From an uncultured Verrucomicrobiae bacterium (GTDB lineage: Bacteria; Verrucomicrobiota; Verrucomicrobiia; Chthoniobacterales; Chthoniobacteraceae): a stretch of DNA of 64,000 bases. How positions within the stretch are numbered: the stretch's first letter is position 1; each line of letters opens with the position of its first letter. This document shows positions 1-15,077 of this stretch, piece after piece. The translations under genes and the position numbers were made by a program. The notes under the pieces are model-generated. The model did not search any database and was not told the DNA's origin. It worked only from the letters and a program-made list of their open reading frames with translations. Location: contig CAWIKF010000002.1 in assembly GCA_963836755.1 (NCBI GenBank), forward strand, positions 64,001-128,000, in the 5' to 3' direction.

Positions 1-771
1 CGCGGGCAAATTTCGCCGCGCCGTCACGAGCGCCGCGGCACGGAATGTCGGCATCTGCCGCCGCAGCGTTTCGTGCATTGCATTTCGAATCACGACCAAA
101 CCGGCAACCACGCATTCGGCGAGCGGCTCAACCACTCGATCTCGCGCGACGCTTACCATGCGGCTTCCGCGCTGCTCTGCCTCACGCCTTATACGCCGAT
201 GCTTTTCATGGGTCAGGAATGGGCTGCGTCGACGCCGTTTCAATTTTTCACCGATCACAAAGCCGATCTCGGAAAGCTGATCACCAAAGGCCGCCGCGAG
301 GAGTTCAAAGATTTTTCGCATTTTAAAAACGAAGCTTCGCGCGCGAAAATTCCTGATCCGCAAAGCCCGCGCACTTTTGCCGATTCGAAATTGATCTGGG
401 ATGAAATTCGCGATGAGAAAAAGTCGAAAACGCTCGAGCTTTACAAAGTCTGCCTCGATCTACGCCGCACCCATCCCGCGTTTCGCCCGCTCACGCGCGA
501 GAGCTGGCTCGTCGAGGACCTCGACGCCGGCATCGGCGCGCTACGCATCAAATCCGAGCGCGGGGATTGGTTGATCCTTTTTGATTTCATCGCCGGCCAT
601 CAAGCTTCGCTCTTGGAAGAATGGATGTGCCGTCCGCCGCAGGGCAGCGCGTGGACGCTCGTTTTTTCCACCAACGAACGCCGCTTCGGTGGCGACGGCT
701 CATGCGCGATCGAGCCGGCGACGATGCAGGCGCGGTTTTCGAAGCCGGAGACCGTCGTCTTGAAATCGTAA
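1..771 (+). CDS. treZ: Malto-oligosyltrehalose trehalohydrolase, C-terminal part (5' end outside window)
   Basis: Frame open from base 1; motifs SNHDQTGN, PMLFMGQEWAASTPFQFFTDH, GRREEF and PDPQ typical of TreZ (GH13). Confidence 0.88.
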   Translation, partial: RGQISPRRHERRGTECRHLPPQRFVHCISNHDQTGNHAFGERLNHSISRDAYHAASALLCLTPYTPMLFMGQEWAASTPFQFFTDHKADLGKLITKGRREEFKDFSHFKNEASRAKIPDPQSPRTFADSKLIWDEIRDEKKSKTLELYKVCLDLRRTHPAFRPLTRESWLVEDLDAGIGALRIKSERGDWLILFDFIAGHQASLLEEWMCRPPQGSAWTLVFSTNERRFGGDGSCAIEPATMQARFSKPETVVLKS

Positions 772-826
772 CACGGCGGCGACGTTTGCTCGTTGCGCGC
801 ACGGCGGAAAATTTGTTTGCTCCGTC

Positions 827-2248
827 ATGCGGAAAACGAAAATCATCTGCACGCTCGGACCCGCGACGGATTCGGCCGAAATTTTGCGGCAAATGGTCGA
901 AGCCGGCGCAAATATTTTCCGGCTCAACATGAGCCACGCGCCGCACGAATGGGTGCGAACCTTGGTCCCACGCATCCGCGCGGTCGCGGTCGAGCTCGGC
1001 GAAATGGTCGCGATTCTCATGGACACGCAAGGGCCGGCCATTCGCACCGGCGATCTGCCTACGAAGCTCGATCTCAAGCCCGGCGACATTTTTGAGCTGA
1101 CCGTCCGCGGCGAACGGAGCGAGGAAAATTTTTCCGTGGACGTGAATTACGACGGGCTCATCGACGACATTTCCGTCGGCGACACCGTGCTCGTCGACAA
1201 TGGCGTAATTCATCTCCGCGTGCTCGCGAAGGCGCACAACAAAATCCGCTGCGAAGTGCTCACCGAGGGGACGCTCGGCTCGCGTCGTCACATCAATCTC
1301 CCGGGCGTGCGCGTGAATCTTCCGCCGCTCACGGAAAAAGATTTGCGCGATGTGGAACTGGGCGCGGAGCTCGGCGTGGACATGGTCGCGCTCAGTTTTT
1401 GCCGCGAGGCCAGCGACGTCGCGCTGCTCCGAAAAGTGTTGCGCGAAAACAGCAGCCAGGCGCGCATCGTCGCGAAACTCGAGGATCAGCTCGCGATCAA
1501 AAACATCAACGAAATCATCGCCGCCGCCGATGCGATCATGGTCGCCCGCGGCGATCTCGGCATCGAATGTCCGATGGAGGAGTTGCCGATCATTCAGCGA
1601 CGGATCGTTAAGCGTTGTTTAAAACTTGGCAAACCCGTCATCGTCGCCACACACATGCTCGAATCAATGATCGCGAATCCGGTTCCGACACGCGCCGAAG
1701 TGACCGACGTCGCCAACGCAGTGTTCGAGCAAGCCGACGCGATCATGCTTAGCGGTGAGACGACCGTTGGAAAATATCCGGTCGAATGCGTGAAAGTTCT
1801 CGACCGGGTAGCGCGCCGCATCGAGCGCAGCGGCGGCGCCGGCTTTGCCTCGGAGGCAGTGCTGGACGATGACCGCGAAAAAACTGTGCGCTCCGCGGTC
1901 GTGCTCGCGGATTCGCTGCAGGATTCAAAAATCATCATCTTCACGCGGCGCGGCATCATGGCCGGCTTCCTCTCGAATCTGCGCCCGCGGGCCGCGCCGA
2001 TTTTTGCCTTTGCGCCGACGATTGAAGTTTGCCGTCAGCTCGCGCTCAACTGGGGAACGCGTCCGCTGCGCCTTGCGTTCGATACAAATCCGAACCGCAC
2101 GATCGCTGCCGCGGAATCAATGTTGCTCGAGCGAAATCTGGTCGAGGAAGGCAACCGGCTCGTTATCATCAGCGACATTCTCGCCGGTGAATCGCGCTTC
2201 GCCTCCATCCAATTGCGCGTCGTCGGCGACGACCACGGCCACGCGTGA
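827..2248 (+). CDS. pyk: Pyruvate kinase
   Basis: RKTKIICTLGPAT, RLNMSH, MVARGDLG, ATHMLESM, DAIMLSGET motifs. Confidence 0.97.
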   Translation: MRKTKIICTLGPATDSAEILRQMVEAGANIFRLNMSHAPHEWVRTLVPRIRAVAVELGEMVAILMDTQGPAIRTGDLPTKLDLKPGDIFELTVRGERSEENFSVDVNYDGLIDDISVGDTVLVDNGVIHLRVLAKAHNKIRCEVLTEGTLGSRRHINLPGVRVNLPPLTEKDLRDVELGAELGVDMVALSFCREASDVALLRKVLRENSSQARIVAKLEDQLAIKNINEIIAAADAIMVARGDLGIECPMEELPIIQRRIVKRCLKLGKPVIVATHMLESMIANPVPTRAEVTDVANAVFEQADAIMLSGETTVGKYPVECVKVLDRVARRIERSGGAGFASEAVLDDDREKTVRSAVVLADSLQDSKIIIFTRRGIMAGFLSNLRPRAAPIFAFAPTIEVCRQLALNWGTRPLRLAFDTNPNRTIAAAESMLLERNLVEEGNRLVIISDILAGESRFASIQLRVVGDDHGHA

Positions 2249-2256
2249 TGCGCGCT

Positions 2257-3108
2257 TCAGCTCGCGCTGTGAACGAAGTTGAGCGGCTTTTCTTTTTTCT
2301 GCAAAGCGCGCCGCAACTTTAGCAGTGCGATGTTTTGCAGCTGCCGGATCCGCTCGCGCGTGACGCCAAACTTTTTCCCAACTTCCTCGAGCGTCTTCGG
2401 CTTTCCGCCGTTCAACCCAAAGCGCTGCATGATGATTTCAAGCTCGCGCTTTTCCAGCACGGCCAAAAGATCGCCCACTTCGTCGCGCAGATTTTGATCG
2501 CTCAACAACTCGAACGGCGTCTGCGCTTCTTCGTCGCCGACGATTTCGCCAAACTCCGTCGAATCATCCTCGCTGATCGGCGCGTCGAGCGACGCGGGCC
2601 GGATCGCGACCGTTTTCAACTGCGAAACTTTTGAAAGGGACAGCCCCACTTCTTCGGCCAGCTCCTCGTCCGTCGGCTCGCGCCCAAGCTCTTCGCTCAT
2701 CTGCAGCGAGACGCGGCGCATCTTGGAAATCTTGTCCACGAGATGCACGGGCAGGCGGATCGTTTTGCTTTGGTTCGCCAGCGCGCGCTTGATCGACTGC
2801 TTGATCCACCAAGCCGCGTAGGTGCTGAGTTTGCCGCCTTTCGCCGGGTCGAAACGTTCGACGGCTTTCATCAAGCCGATGTTGCCTTCCGAAATCAGAT
2901 CGAGCAGCGGCAACCCGAGATTGCTGTAATCGTGCGCGATTTTGACGACGAGCCGCAGGTTTGACCGGATCATCAGCGAGCGGGCTTCCTTGTCGCCCTT
3001 TTTGATTTTCGCGGCCAGACGGATCTCGTCTGCGACGGTCAAAAGCGGAATTTGACCGATCTCACGCAGGTAAATTTTGATCCCAGAATCTGTATCTTCG
3101 GCAGGCAT
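2257..3108 (-). CDS. RNA polymerase sigma-70 factor, RpoD/RpoS family, lacking region 1.1
   Basis: YLREIG (1.2), NLRLVVKIA, DLISEGNIGLMKAVERFD, STYAAWWIKQ, TLEEVG...VTRERIRQ; 283 aa. Confidence 0.93.
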   Translation of the reverse strand: MPAEDTDSGIKIYLREIGQIPLLTVADEIRLAAKIKKGDKEARSLMIRSNLRLVVKIAHDYSNLGLPLLDLISEGNIGLMKAVERFDPAKGGKLSTYAAWWIKQSIKRALANQSKTIRLPVHLVDKISKMRRVSLQMSEELGREPTDEELAEEVGLSLSKVSQLKTVAIRPASLDAPISEDDSTEFGEIVGDEEAQTPFELLSDQNLRDEVGDLLAVLEKRELEIIMQRFGLNGGKPKTLEEVGKKFGVTRERIRQLQNIALLKLRRALQKKEKPLNFVHSAS

Positions 3109-3291
3109 TTTTTAAAAATTGGTGCGCTTCATCACGAAGCTCGTCTTCATTAGTTAATTCGTAATCTGCAAGTCTCGTGCTCGTTTAGCACAAAACGTCG
3201 AAAATTAATTAACCACGTTAAGCATTGGAATTGGACACGACTCCGGCGGCACCGTTCAAATCTTTTTACTTTCCAAACAGCATTTGCGAAC

Positions 3292-4833
3292 GTGCTTCCC
3301 GTGCTGGCCAAAGTTTATTCCGCGGCCGTGCTCGGAGTCGATGCTTATGAAGTGGAAATCGAGGTTAACGCCGGCGCGGGCGGACCAAAAATCATCCTCG
3401 TCGGCCTTCCCGACACGGCGGTAAAAGAGAGCCAGGATCGCGTGACGACGGCGATCCAAAACAGCGGATATTTTTGGCCGCGCGGTCGCACGACGATCAA
3501 TCTCGCACCGGCCGATGTGAAAAAAGAGGGGCCGAGTTTCGATCTGCCGATCGCGCTCGGGATGATCGCCGCCGGCGAAGATTTGGATCTGAAAAATGCG
3601 GAGCAATTTTGCTTCGTCGGCGAACTCGCGCTCACCGGCGCAGTTCGCCCAGTCAAAGGCGTGCTTCCGATCGCGATCCACGCGCGCGCCAGCGGGAAAA
3701 AAGCGCTGTTCGTTCCGGAGGCGAATGCCGCCGAAGCCGCCGTGGTTGAAGGTTTGGCGGTTTACGGCGTGCGGAATTTGCGCGAGACGTTTGAGTTTCT
3801 TCGCGACAACGCACCGTTAACGCCCGTCAAAGAAGACGTCTCCGCATTTTTCGCCGCGCATCAAAGTTACGATGCTGATTTTTCTGATGTGAAAGGTCAG
3901 CAGAACGTAAAGCGCGCCATCGAAGTCGCCGCTGCCGGTGGGCACAATTTATTGATGATCGGTCCGCCCGGCTCCGGCAAATCGATGTTGTCGAAACGCA
4001 TTCCGACGATCATCCCGCCAATGACGCTCGATGAGGCGATCGAGACCACCAAAATTCACAGCATCTGCGGTTTGCTCAACGGCAAAAATTCCTTTGTCGC
4101 GACACGCCCGTTCCGTGCGCCGCACCACACGATCTCGGATGTCGGCCTACTGGGCGGTTCGGCGAATCCGACGCCTGGTGAAGTCAGCATCGCGCATAAC
4201 GGCGTCCTTTTTCTCGACGAGCTTCCGGAGTTCAAACGTTCCACGCTCGAGGTGATGCGCCAGCCGCTCGAGGATGGCAAAGTCACGATTTCACGCGCTG
4301 CCGGCTCGATGACTTTTCCGGCTGAGTTCATGCTCGTCGCCGCGATGAACCCGTGTCCGTGCGGATATTTCGGCGATTTAAAACGCGAATGCCGTTGCAG
4401 CGCGCCGCAGGTTCAGAAGTATCGGCAGCGTATTTCCGGGCCGCTGCTCGACCGCATCGACATCCATGTGGAAGTGCCGGCGGTGCAATACAAGGAATTG
4501 TCTGGAAAAACAAACGGTGAGTCTTCCGTAGACATCCGTAAACGCATTGAAGGTGCGCGCGGCGTTCAGCAAAAGCGCTTCGGCAAAATGAAAGCGAGCT
4601 GCAATGCGCGCATGACGACAAAGATGATCAAAACATTTTGCGCGCTCGATGACAGCTCTGCGGATTTGCTGAAGATGGCGATGACGGAGCTCAATTTCAG
4701 CGCCCGCGCTTATGACCGGATTTTAAAAGTGGCGCGCACGATTTCTGATCTGGAAAACGCCGAGAACATTCAGCCGGAACACATCAGCGAGGCAATCCAG
4801 TATCGCACCCTTGATCGGAACCTGTGGACATAG
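3292..4833 (+). CDS. comM: YifB/ComM family Mg-chelatase-like AAA+ ATPase
   Basis: [26 protein letters not shown] Walker [27 protein letters not shown]. Confidence 0.93.
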   Translation: MLPVLAKVYSAAVLGVDAYEVEIEVNAGAGGPKIILVGLPDTAVKESQDRVTTAIQNSGYFWPRGRTTINLAPADVKKEGPSFDLPIALGMIAAGEDLDLKNAEQFCFVGELALTGAVRPVKGVLPIAIHARASGKKALFVPEANAAEAAVVEGLAVYGVRNLRETFEFLRDNAPLTPVKEDVSAFFAAHQSYDADFSDVKGQQNVKRAIEVAAAGGHNLLMIGPPGSGKSMLSKRIPTIIPPMTLDEAIETTKIHSICGLLNGKNSFVATRPFRAPHHTISDVGLLGGSANPTPGEVSIAHNGVLFLDELPEFKRSTLEVMRQPLEDGKVTISRAAGSMTFPAEFMLVAAMNPCPCGYFGDLKRECRCSAPQVQKYRQRISGPLLDRIDIHVEVPAVQYKELSGKTNGESSVDIRKRIEGARGVQQKRFGKMKASCNARMTTKMIKTFCALDDSSADLLKMAMTELNFSARAYDRILKVARTISDLENAENIQPEHISEAIQYRTLDRNLWT

Positions 4834-5527
4834 CGGCGCTTCGCTGTGCACGCCGTTCCTGTTTGTTTAAATCAGCCACAAGCAACACGATTTCGCCGCG
4901 CGGCGGATGTGCTTGAAAATGCGCTAAAAGTGCAGTGGCGAAGCCGCGGCGGAACTCCTCAAATTGCTTCGTCAATTCACGCGCGACGCAAAGCATTCGA
5001 GCGGGTGCGAGTTCTGAAAAAACTTCGAGCGTTTTCAACACGCGATGCGGCGATTCAAAGAAAATCGTGGTCTCAGCGCGGTCGATCGCACTCTGCACCT
5101 CGCGTGCGCGCCCTCCACTTTTCGCCGGCAAAAATCCGCCGTAAAAAAACTCCTCGCTGGAAAATCCGGAGCCGACGAGTGCAACTAAAATGGCGGAAGC
5201 GCCCGGGATGATCGTGTAGGCGATTTGATTTTCGATGCAGGCTCGGACGAGCCGCGCGCCCGGATCAGAAATTCCCGGCATGCCCGCATCGCTGATGACG
5301 GTGACATTTTCTCCGCGCTGCAATCGCTCGAGCAATTCGGCGGTGCGCTTTGCTTCGTTGTGCTCGTGGTAGCTCACGAGCGGCTTCGCGATCTGGTAAT
5401 GCTGCAAAAGCCGGAGCGAATGCCGCGTGTCTTCGCATGCGATCACGTCGGCGTTTTTCAAAACTTCCAGTGCCCGCATCGTGATGTCGCCAAGGTTGCC
5501 GATCGGCGTGGCGACAATGTGAAGCAT
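4784..5527 (-). CDS. rsmI: 16S rRNA (cytidine(1402)-2'-O)-methyltransferase
   Basis: [42 protein letters not shown]. Confidence 0.95.
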   Translation of the reverse strand: MLHIVATPIGNLGDITMRALEVLKNADVIACEDTRHSLRLLQHYQIAKPLVSYHEHNEAKRTAELLERLQRGENVTVISDAGMPGISDPGARLVRACIENQIAYTIIPGASAILVALVGSGFSSEEFFYGGFLPAKSGGRAREVQSAIDRAETTIFFESPHRVLKTLEVFSELAPARMLCVARELTKQFEEFRRGFATALLAHFQAHPPRGEIVLLVADLNKQERRAQRSAAMSTGSDQGCDTGLPR

Positions 5528-5571
5528 GGAAAATTTGCTCGGCTAGGAGTCTTCGCCCGCTTCGAATTTGC

Positions 5572-6075
5572 TCACCAGCCTTCGCTGGTCTGACTGACGA
5601 TATTTACCGCGGCGTCCTGCAACGCGAGCGGAATCGCCTGGCGCTCATCCTGATTGACGTCGCCGCTGACGAAGAAAGTGGTGTGGCCATTGATGCTGCG
5701 GTCCAGCAATTCCTTGCCATCGGTGCGGCGCTTCACGGCAAAATGCACCTCAATCTGCAGCGCGAATTCCTTCGTCGCAATCACGTTGCCGCGCACGGAC
5801 CGCGCCGGGCTGCGCTTGATCGCCGTAATCGTTCCCTCAAGAACCGCATCGGCGCGATTCGGCGATTCGATTCGATAGGTTCCGTCCTGCTGGAATTGTT
5901 TGATCAGCGTGTCGGCCGCGAGCACTTCGATTCGCGGCTCGAGCGTGTCGTTTTTAAAATCGTCCACCCCGAGCGTCGTCACGCCTTCCATCATTTTTGG
6001 CTTGCTCGCGCCGATGTGATAACCGGCGCACCCGCCGAGCAATAATGCCAGCGCGGAAAAAAACGCGCGTCTCAT
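5572..6075 (-). CDS. lptE: LptE-family LPS assembly lipoprotein
   Basis: Lipobox LGGC followed by AGYH; ends in GW; directly downstream of bamD with 4-bp overlap. Confidence 0.72.
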   Translation of the reverse strand: MRRAFFSALALLLGGCAGYHIGASKPKMMEGVTTLGVDDFKNDTLEPRIEVLAADTLIKQFQQDGTYRIESPNRADAVLEGTITAIKRSPARSVRGNVIATKEFALQIEVHFAVKRRTDGKELLDRSINGHTTFFVSGDVNQDERQAIPLALQDAAVNIVSQTSEGW

Positions 6076-7262
6076 TGTTGCGGCAGCGATGGCTCAACCG
6101 GCGGCACATCGACCGGCCGCACGGGAGCCACACTGTCCGGGGAGGACCGAAGTTTCGGTTTCGTCGGCGCGACTTCCTCCGGCTCAGCGACCGGCGGTCC
6201 GAGATAATCAGGACGCGAAGCGGTATCCACCTGTGCCTGAAGTTTGCGGTGAGCTTGCGCGCGTGCACCTGTTTCAGTTTTTTCCGGTCCAGCTTGTAAC
6301 GCATCCTCGCCGACGATCCCTTTCAAAGCCTCGATGCGCTTTTTCGCCACGTCAGCCTCCGCGGAATCCGGCTGCGCTTTGATGACCTCATTATAATAGA
6401 TGACGGCAGCTTTGTAGTTTTTCTGCTTGTCGTAAAAACGGGCGATCTCGATCGCGCCGCTCGTATCGCGGGTCTGCAGCGATTTCAGATTTGCCTGAGC
6501 CTGCGCGACTTTCTCGCTGTTTGGATAATGCGCGATGAAATCCTCAAAGGCCTCGCGCGCTTTATTCGCCGCCGCTTTATCGTAGGCCGTGCGCGCTTCT
6601 GTTAAATAAACGTAACCGATCTGATACTGTGCATCGGCCGCTGTCGGGTCGGTGTGATACTTCGCGAGCACGGCCTGGTAAGCGGCGATCGCTTCGGCGG
6701 GTTTGCCTTGTTTTTCGAGAGCCTGGCCGGCGTAATATTGCGCAAGGGCTGCGTATTTTGAATAAGGCGCATCTTTGACGATTGATTCAAAAATCTGCTG
6801 CGCCCGCGCCATCGAAGGAAAAGTTTTGACGCCGAAAAGACGCTTCCGCGCGCCCTCGAGAAACCGCTGGCCGATGTTAAATTCCGCCTCTACCGCATTA
6901 TCGAAGTCCTCACCCTTCGGATATTTCGTTATATATTTGTGATAAGCCTCATAGGCTTGATCGTAGTCGCCAGCCTTTTCCGCCATTTCGCCGACTTTGA
7001 TCTGCGCCGTTGGTGCGGCGCCAGAGGTCGGAAATTTTCGGATCAAGCCGCGGTAGGCGGTCAGCGCGTGCTTATAATCGCCGGCACTCTCGCGCGCTTG
7101 CGCTTTTTGCAATTGCTCGCTCGCCGATCTTTCGACCACATCTTCTTCGTTCGAACTTTCCGTGCTCCAGCCTTCGCCGGCGCGGTAGACGACCACCGCG
7201 CGAGCTCGCGGAGAGAACGAGATGCAGCCCGTCAGCAGAAGGATTGCGAGGATTTTTCGCAT
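6072..7262 (-). CDS. bamD: Outer membrane protein assembly factor BamD (TPR protein)
   Basis: Signal peptide from MRKILAILLLTGC at 7262; TPR repeats; AFEDFIAHYPNS, EIARFY...KNYKAAVIYY BamD-like motifs. Confidence 0.8.
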   Translation of the reverse strand: MRKILAILLLTGCISFSPRARAVVVYRAGEGWSTESSNEEDVVERSASEQLQKAQARESAGDYKHALTAYRGLIRKFPTSGAAPTAQIKVGEMAEKAGDYDQAYEAYHKYITKYPKGEDFDNAVEAEFNIGQRFLEGARKRLFGVKTFPSMARAQQIFESIVKDAPYSKYAALAQYYAGQALEKQGKPAEAIAAYQAVLAKYHTDPTAADAQYQIGYVYLTEARTAYDKAAANKAREAFEDFIAHYPNSEKVAQAQANLKSLQTRDTSGAIEIARFYDKQKNYKAAVIYYNEVIKAQPDSAEADVAKKRIEALKGIVGEDALQAGPEKTETGARAQAHRKLQAQVDTASRPDYLGPPVAEPEEVAPTKPKLRSSPDSVAPVRPVDVPPVEPSLPQQ

Positions 7263-7302
7263 AGAGCCGAGCACGCTAATCAAGAGCGCGGCGCACGTCA
7301 AA

Positions 7303-7755
7303 TCAGAATGCCGCGCGGCTTCCGACGGCAGTGGCGGCGCGCACATGCCGAGGAATTAGCACCTCCAGCCGGACTGGCGCGGTGCCGGCATCGAGAATGC
7401 CGATGTCGCGCGCCCCGGTTTTACTCAAATCGATGATGCGGCCGCGCACATACGGGCCGCGGTCGGTGATGCGCGCAATGGTGCTGCGGCCGTTCCGCAA
7501 ATTGATGACGCGGACAAAAGTGCCGAGCGGCAACGTTTTGTGGGCGGCCGTCATTTCATACTGATGAAAGCGCTCGCCGCTCGCGGTCTGCTCGCCAATG
7601 CCGAACCAGCCGGCGGTGTAGAAGGATGCGACACCGAGCTCCGTGCCAGCCGGGTTGGGCTCGAACATTTCATCCGTGTAGCGAATCGACGGGCCCGTCG
7701 CGCACGAAGCAATCACGAGCATCGTGAGGATCGAGAAAGTGATGCGCTTGGTCAT
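7303..7755 (-). CDS. rlpA: Septal ring lytic transglycosylase RlpA family lipoprotein
   Basis: Lipobox IASC; GVASFY, TASGE, TAAHKTLPLGT, DRGPY, RIIDLS (DPBB domain). Confidence 0.9.
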   Translation of the reverse strand: MTKRITFSILTMLVIASCATGPSIRYTDEMFEPNPAGTELGVASFYTAGWFGIGEQTASGERFHQYEMTAAHKTLPLGTFVRVINLRNGRSTIARITDRGPYVRGRIIDLSKTGARDIGILDAGTAPVRLEVLIPRHVRAATAVGSRAAF

Positions 7756-7786
7756 GTGGGGAATTCCGATTACGCTGCTAAAGAAG

Positions 7787-8650
7787 TTGAACGGCAAAAT
7801 CAAGTTCGGAACGTGTGCGTGGACTTATGACGACTGGCGCGGCGTCTTTTATCCCATGGATCTTCCGAAAAACGAGTGGCTCACGTTTTACTCGCGCTAT
7901 TTCTCGGCCGTCGAAATCGATTCCACTTTTTATTCCGCACCAAGCGCGACGGCGGTCGGACATTGGCTCGACGCGACGCCCGACGATTTTTCTTTCACGT
8001 GCAAAATGCCTCGCGCGATCACGCACCTCCACAAACTCCGCAACTGCGGCGGACTGGTGACAAAGTTTCTGGAAAGTCTGGCGCCGCTGCGCACAAAACT
8101 CGGACCGATTTTAATCCAGCTGCCGCCGAGTTTTCGCCTAAGAAAAGATGAGCACGCGCTGAAAGATTTTCTTTTCGACCTGCCGCGAGATTTCTCTTTC
8201 GCGATCGAATTTCGTCACAGCGACTGGCACCTGCCGCGAATTGTGAAGTTATTGGAAGAAAAGAAAATCTGCTGGGCCTGGAGCGATACGAGTCCGCTCG
8301 CAGAACAAAATCGCGCGCCTTTTGAGTTTTTGCCGCAAACCGCCGATTGTCTATACATCCGTTTGCTCGGCGATTTGAAGAACAAGTATCGATCCAATGG
8401 CAGTCGTGCGCATCGGTATGGAAAACTGCAATGGCCACGCCAGTCCGCTTTGGAAAGCTGGGCCATCAAAGTTGAAAAGCACCTCGCGGACACCAACTGC
8501 GCGTATGTCTTTTCCGGGAATCATTATGAAGGATATTCGGCCCTTACGGCGCAGAGAATAGCCGAGCAATTTAAGCAGCAGATTGAGCTGCCTAATTCGG
8601 ATGATGGGATCAAGGGTTCAAAGGAGAACGAGCAACTCGATTTGTTGTAG
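7787..8650 (+). CDS. DUF72 (YecE-like) protein
   Basis: GTCAWTYDDWRGVFYP, VEIDSTFY, LIQLPPSF, AIEFRH; start codon uncertain (TTG at 7787 chosen). Confidence 0.88.
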   Translation: MNGKIKFGTCAWTYDDWRGVFYPMDLPKNEWLTFYSRYFSAVEIDSTFYSAPSATAVGHWLDATPDDFSFTCKMPRAITHLHKLRNCGGLVTKFLESLAPLRTKLGPILIQLPPSFRLRKDEHALKDFLFDLPRDFSFAIEFRHSDWHLPRIVKLLEEKKICWAWSDTSPLAEQNRAPFEFLPQTADCLYIRLLGDLKNKYRSNGSRAHRYGKLQWPRQSALESWAIKVEKHLADTNCAYVFSGNHYEGYSALTAQRIAEQFKQQIELPNSDDGIKGSKENEQLDLL

Positions 8651-8680
8651 GAGCGAGTGGTTCATCCAAAGGCCTCAGGC

Positions 8681-8720
8681 AAAAAAAAGGCCCAGCTTAT
8701 CGTTTCCAACAAGCTGGGCC
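8681..8720 (-). terminator. Rho-independent terminator of the rRNA operon
   Basis: 10-bp perfect stem GGCCCAGCTT/AAGCTGGGCC followed on the minus strand by U8, just after 5S. Confidence 0.9.
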
Positions 8721-8725
8721 GTAAT

Positions 8726-8841
8726 ACTGGCAACGTCCTACTCTCGCACAACCTATAGATGCACTACCATCGGGGCTGCAGCGTTTCACTTCCGTGTTCG
8801 GAATGGGAACGGGTGGGGCCACCGCGCTAGGATCACCAGAG
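8726..8841 (-). rRNA. rrf: 5S ribosomal RNA
   Basis: Reverse complement contains CCCATTCCGAACACGGAAGTGAA and GAGAGTAGGACGTTGCCAG; about 116 nt; ends approximate. Confidence 0.95.
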
Positions 8842-9156
8842 ACCTGGCGAATCCGAGATTAGAATCCTGTGGGAGCTTGTCCTGAGGACTGTTCCGGGGG
8901 CAGAACTAGCCTCGAATTCACCAGATCACTAGCGACGTCTGTCGTTTGGCCGCTGCGTCGCTTCGCTTGAAATCCTTCGCTTTCGCAGGGGACTACATGC
9001 GGACGACGATGTTAATTTAAAAGAACCGATTTGATTCTCTGATATCTACATACAGGAAGTTTCACAACCGCTAAGACTGAGTTTTGTTTAAAAGTCATCT
9101 CTTTTCCTGTGCGTCCGCGGCAGCTTTGACACTGACGCGGCGAGCGATGAAAAAAT

Positions 9157-12015
<2,859 letters not shown>

Positions 12016-12238
12016 AATCTGATCCGACTTACGTCGGAAATTTATGATAACTGAAATCCTCACTGCAACCTTCCGGTCGCTGATATTTCAGACTCAGCGC
12101 TTAAAGTTGTTTTACTACCCTGTATGTAGATGTCAAAGAACCATCTTCGCTCTCAAGGCGAAGAGATACGCTCAACTCCTGAATTTTTACGTTCGTTAAA
12201 CGTCAAAACGGTAATTTACTGCTTCACGACGACCTTAA

Positions 12239-12312
12239 TGGGCCTGACTGGGCTCGAACCAGTGACCCTGCGCTTATCAAGCGCATGCTCTAACCAACTG
12301 AGCTACAGGCCC
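12239..12312 (-). tRNA. tRNA-Ile (GAT), CCA not encoded
   Basis: GGGCCTGTAGCTCAGTTGGTTAGAGC...GAT...GGTTCGAGCCCAGTCAGGCCCA cloverleaf. Confidence 0.96.
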
Positions 12313-12339
12313 GGTCGAGTGGTTTTGTTGCTGACCAAT

Positions 12340-12412
12340 TGGAGGCATGGGGATTCGAACCCCAGACCTATAGCTTGCAAAGCTACCGCTCTACCAACTG
12401 AGCTATGCCCCC
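12340..12412 (-). tRNA. tRNA-Ala (TGC), CCA not encoded
   Basis: GGGGGCATAGCTCAGTTGGTAGAGC...TGC...GGTTCGAATCCCCATGCCTCCA with the G3-U70 pair. Confidence 0.96.
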
Positions 12413-12589
12413 GGGGAATTCGAATGACCTTCTTAGCGACTGAGCCATTCGCCTTTGAAGCAAAAACTGAACTGTACGTTACCGTTTCAAATGCTTTGAG
12501 CTTTAGTTTCTTTCGTTACTAAAGGCTTTAAGGCGGCATGACATTTCTGTTTTAGCCGTCGACCTACCACGATCTGCAAAGATCGCGAT

Positions 12590-14157
<1,568 letters not shown>

Positions 14158-14556
14158 AAAAGTTTGCCCGGTCGACTGCTAAAGCCGCCGGTAAAATCTG
14201 ACCGTTTCAATTTCCTGTCGCGAGAGTATCGCGAACAGGGTTTGTCCGATCTTTAAATATTTGAATCAAAGATTTGACGTATAACGCACAATTCAATTTT
14301 TGCTGTCAATTTCGCCCCGAATTTCTTCGGGGCATTACCGTTCTGAATCTCCCAAATGAAATTCCAGAATTAAGCTTTCAAATATCAACGGCTCTTTACG
14401 AGCTTTCGGGCGACAAAAAACTCAACCTCGTGTCCGACAATAATCTCGGCAGTTTCCGCCGAATCATGGCCGGGACAAGATTGAGTCAATCTGAAGTCCC
14501 AAAAGTTGAAAGAACCTCTCGCTTTAGTCGCGAGCCCCGTTGTGTGCGGGGAATCA

Positions 14557-14610
14557 AAAGTAGCGGGAAACCTGAGCGGGTCAATCGAAAACTTTAACTT
14601 TTTTTTCGAT
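14557..14610 (-). promoter_or_regulatory. rRNA operon promoter with UP-element-like A/T tract
   Basis: TTGACC (14584-14579), 16-bp spacer, TACTTT (14562-14557); A-tract immediately upstream of -35. Confidence 0.65.
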
Positions 14611-14765
14611 GCCGACTCCGGCGTTTTCGCCCCCCGCCAAATTAACTCGGCGGGGCGGGGAAATTAGCAGCCCGCCGCAACAGCGCAACAACCTTTTGAA
14701 ATTTTTTTAATCTCAAAAAGGTTGAAGCGCCGGCAAGCGCTCGGCGTAAAGCCGAGCCCTTAAAT

Positions 14766-14945
14766 CTACTGGACGACTGTTGTCGTCGTCGAAGTCGCGG
14801 GCGCTGGTGCGACCCGATGATATTCTTCCGTCTGCGTGGTCGTGGTGCTGGTCGCGGGCGCGGGTTCGCGATCATGATCGGCGCAGCCAGTAAGCAGGTT
14901 TCCGGCAAGCAATGTGAGTGGGATCAAAGGAATGATTTTTTTCAT
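14766..14945 (-). CDS. Small lipoprotein with duplicated PAPATSTTTT motif
   Basis: MKKIIPLIPLTLLAGNLLTGC lipobox; 59 aa. Confidence 0.65.
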   Translation of the reverse strand: MKKIIPLIPLTLLAGNLLTGCADHDREPAPATSTTTTQTEEYHRVAPAPATSTTTTVVQ

Positions 14946-15077
14946 ACTGTATAACAATCGTCTTCGTTCTCATTGGCGGACGCCTTCCCGTTTTATTCTC
15001 GGATTTTGCGACCGTTCCCCGGCACGCCACGCAAAAACATCGTTACATCGCGTGCCAATCGTGGAAAGAACGTTGCC

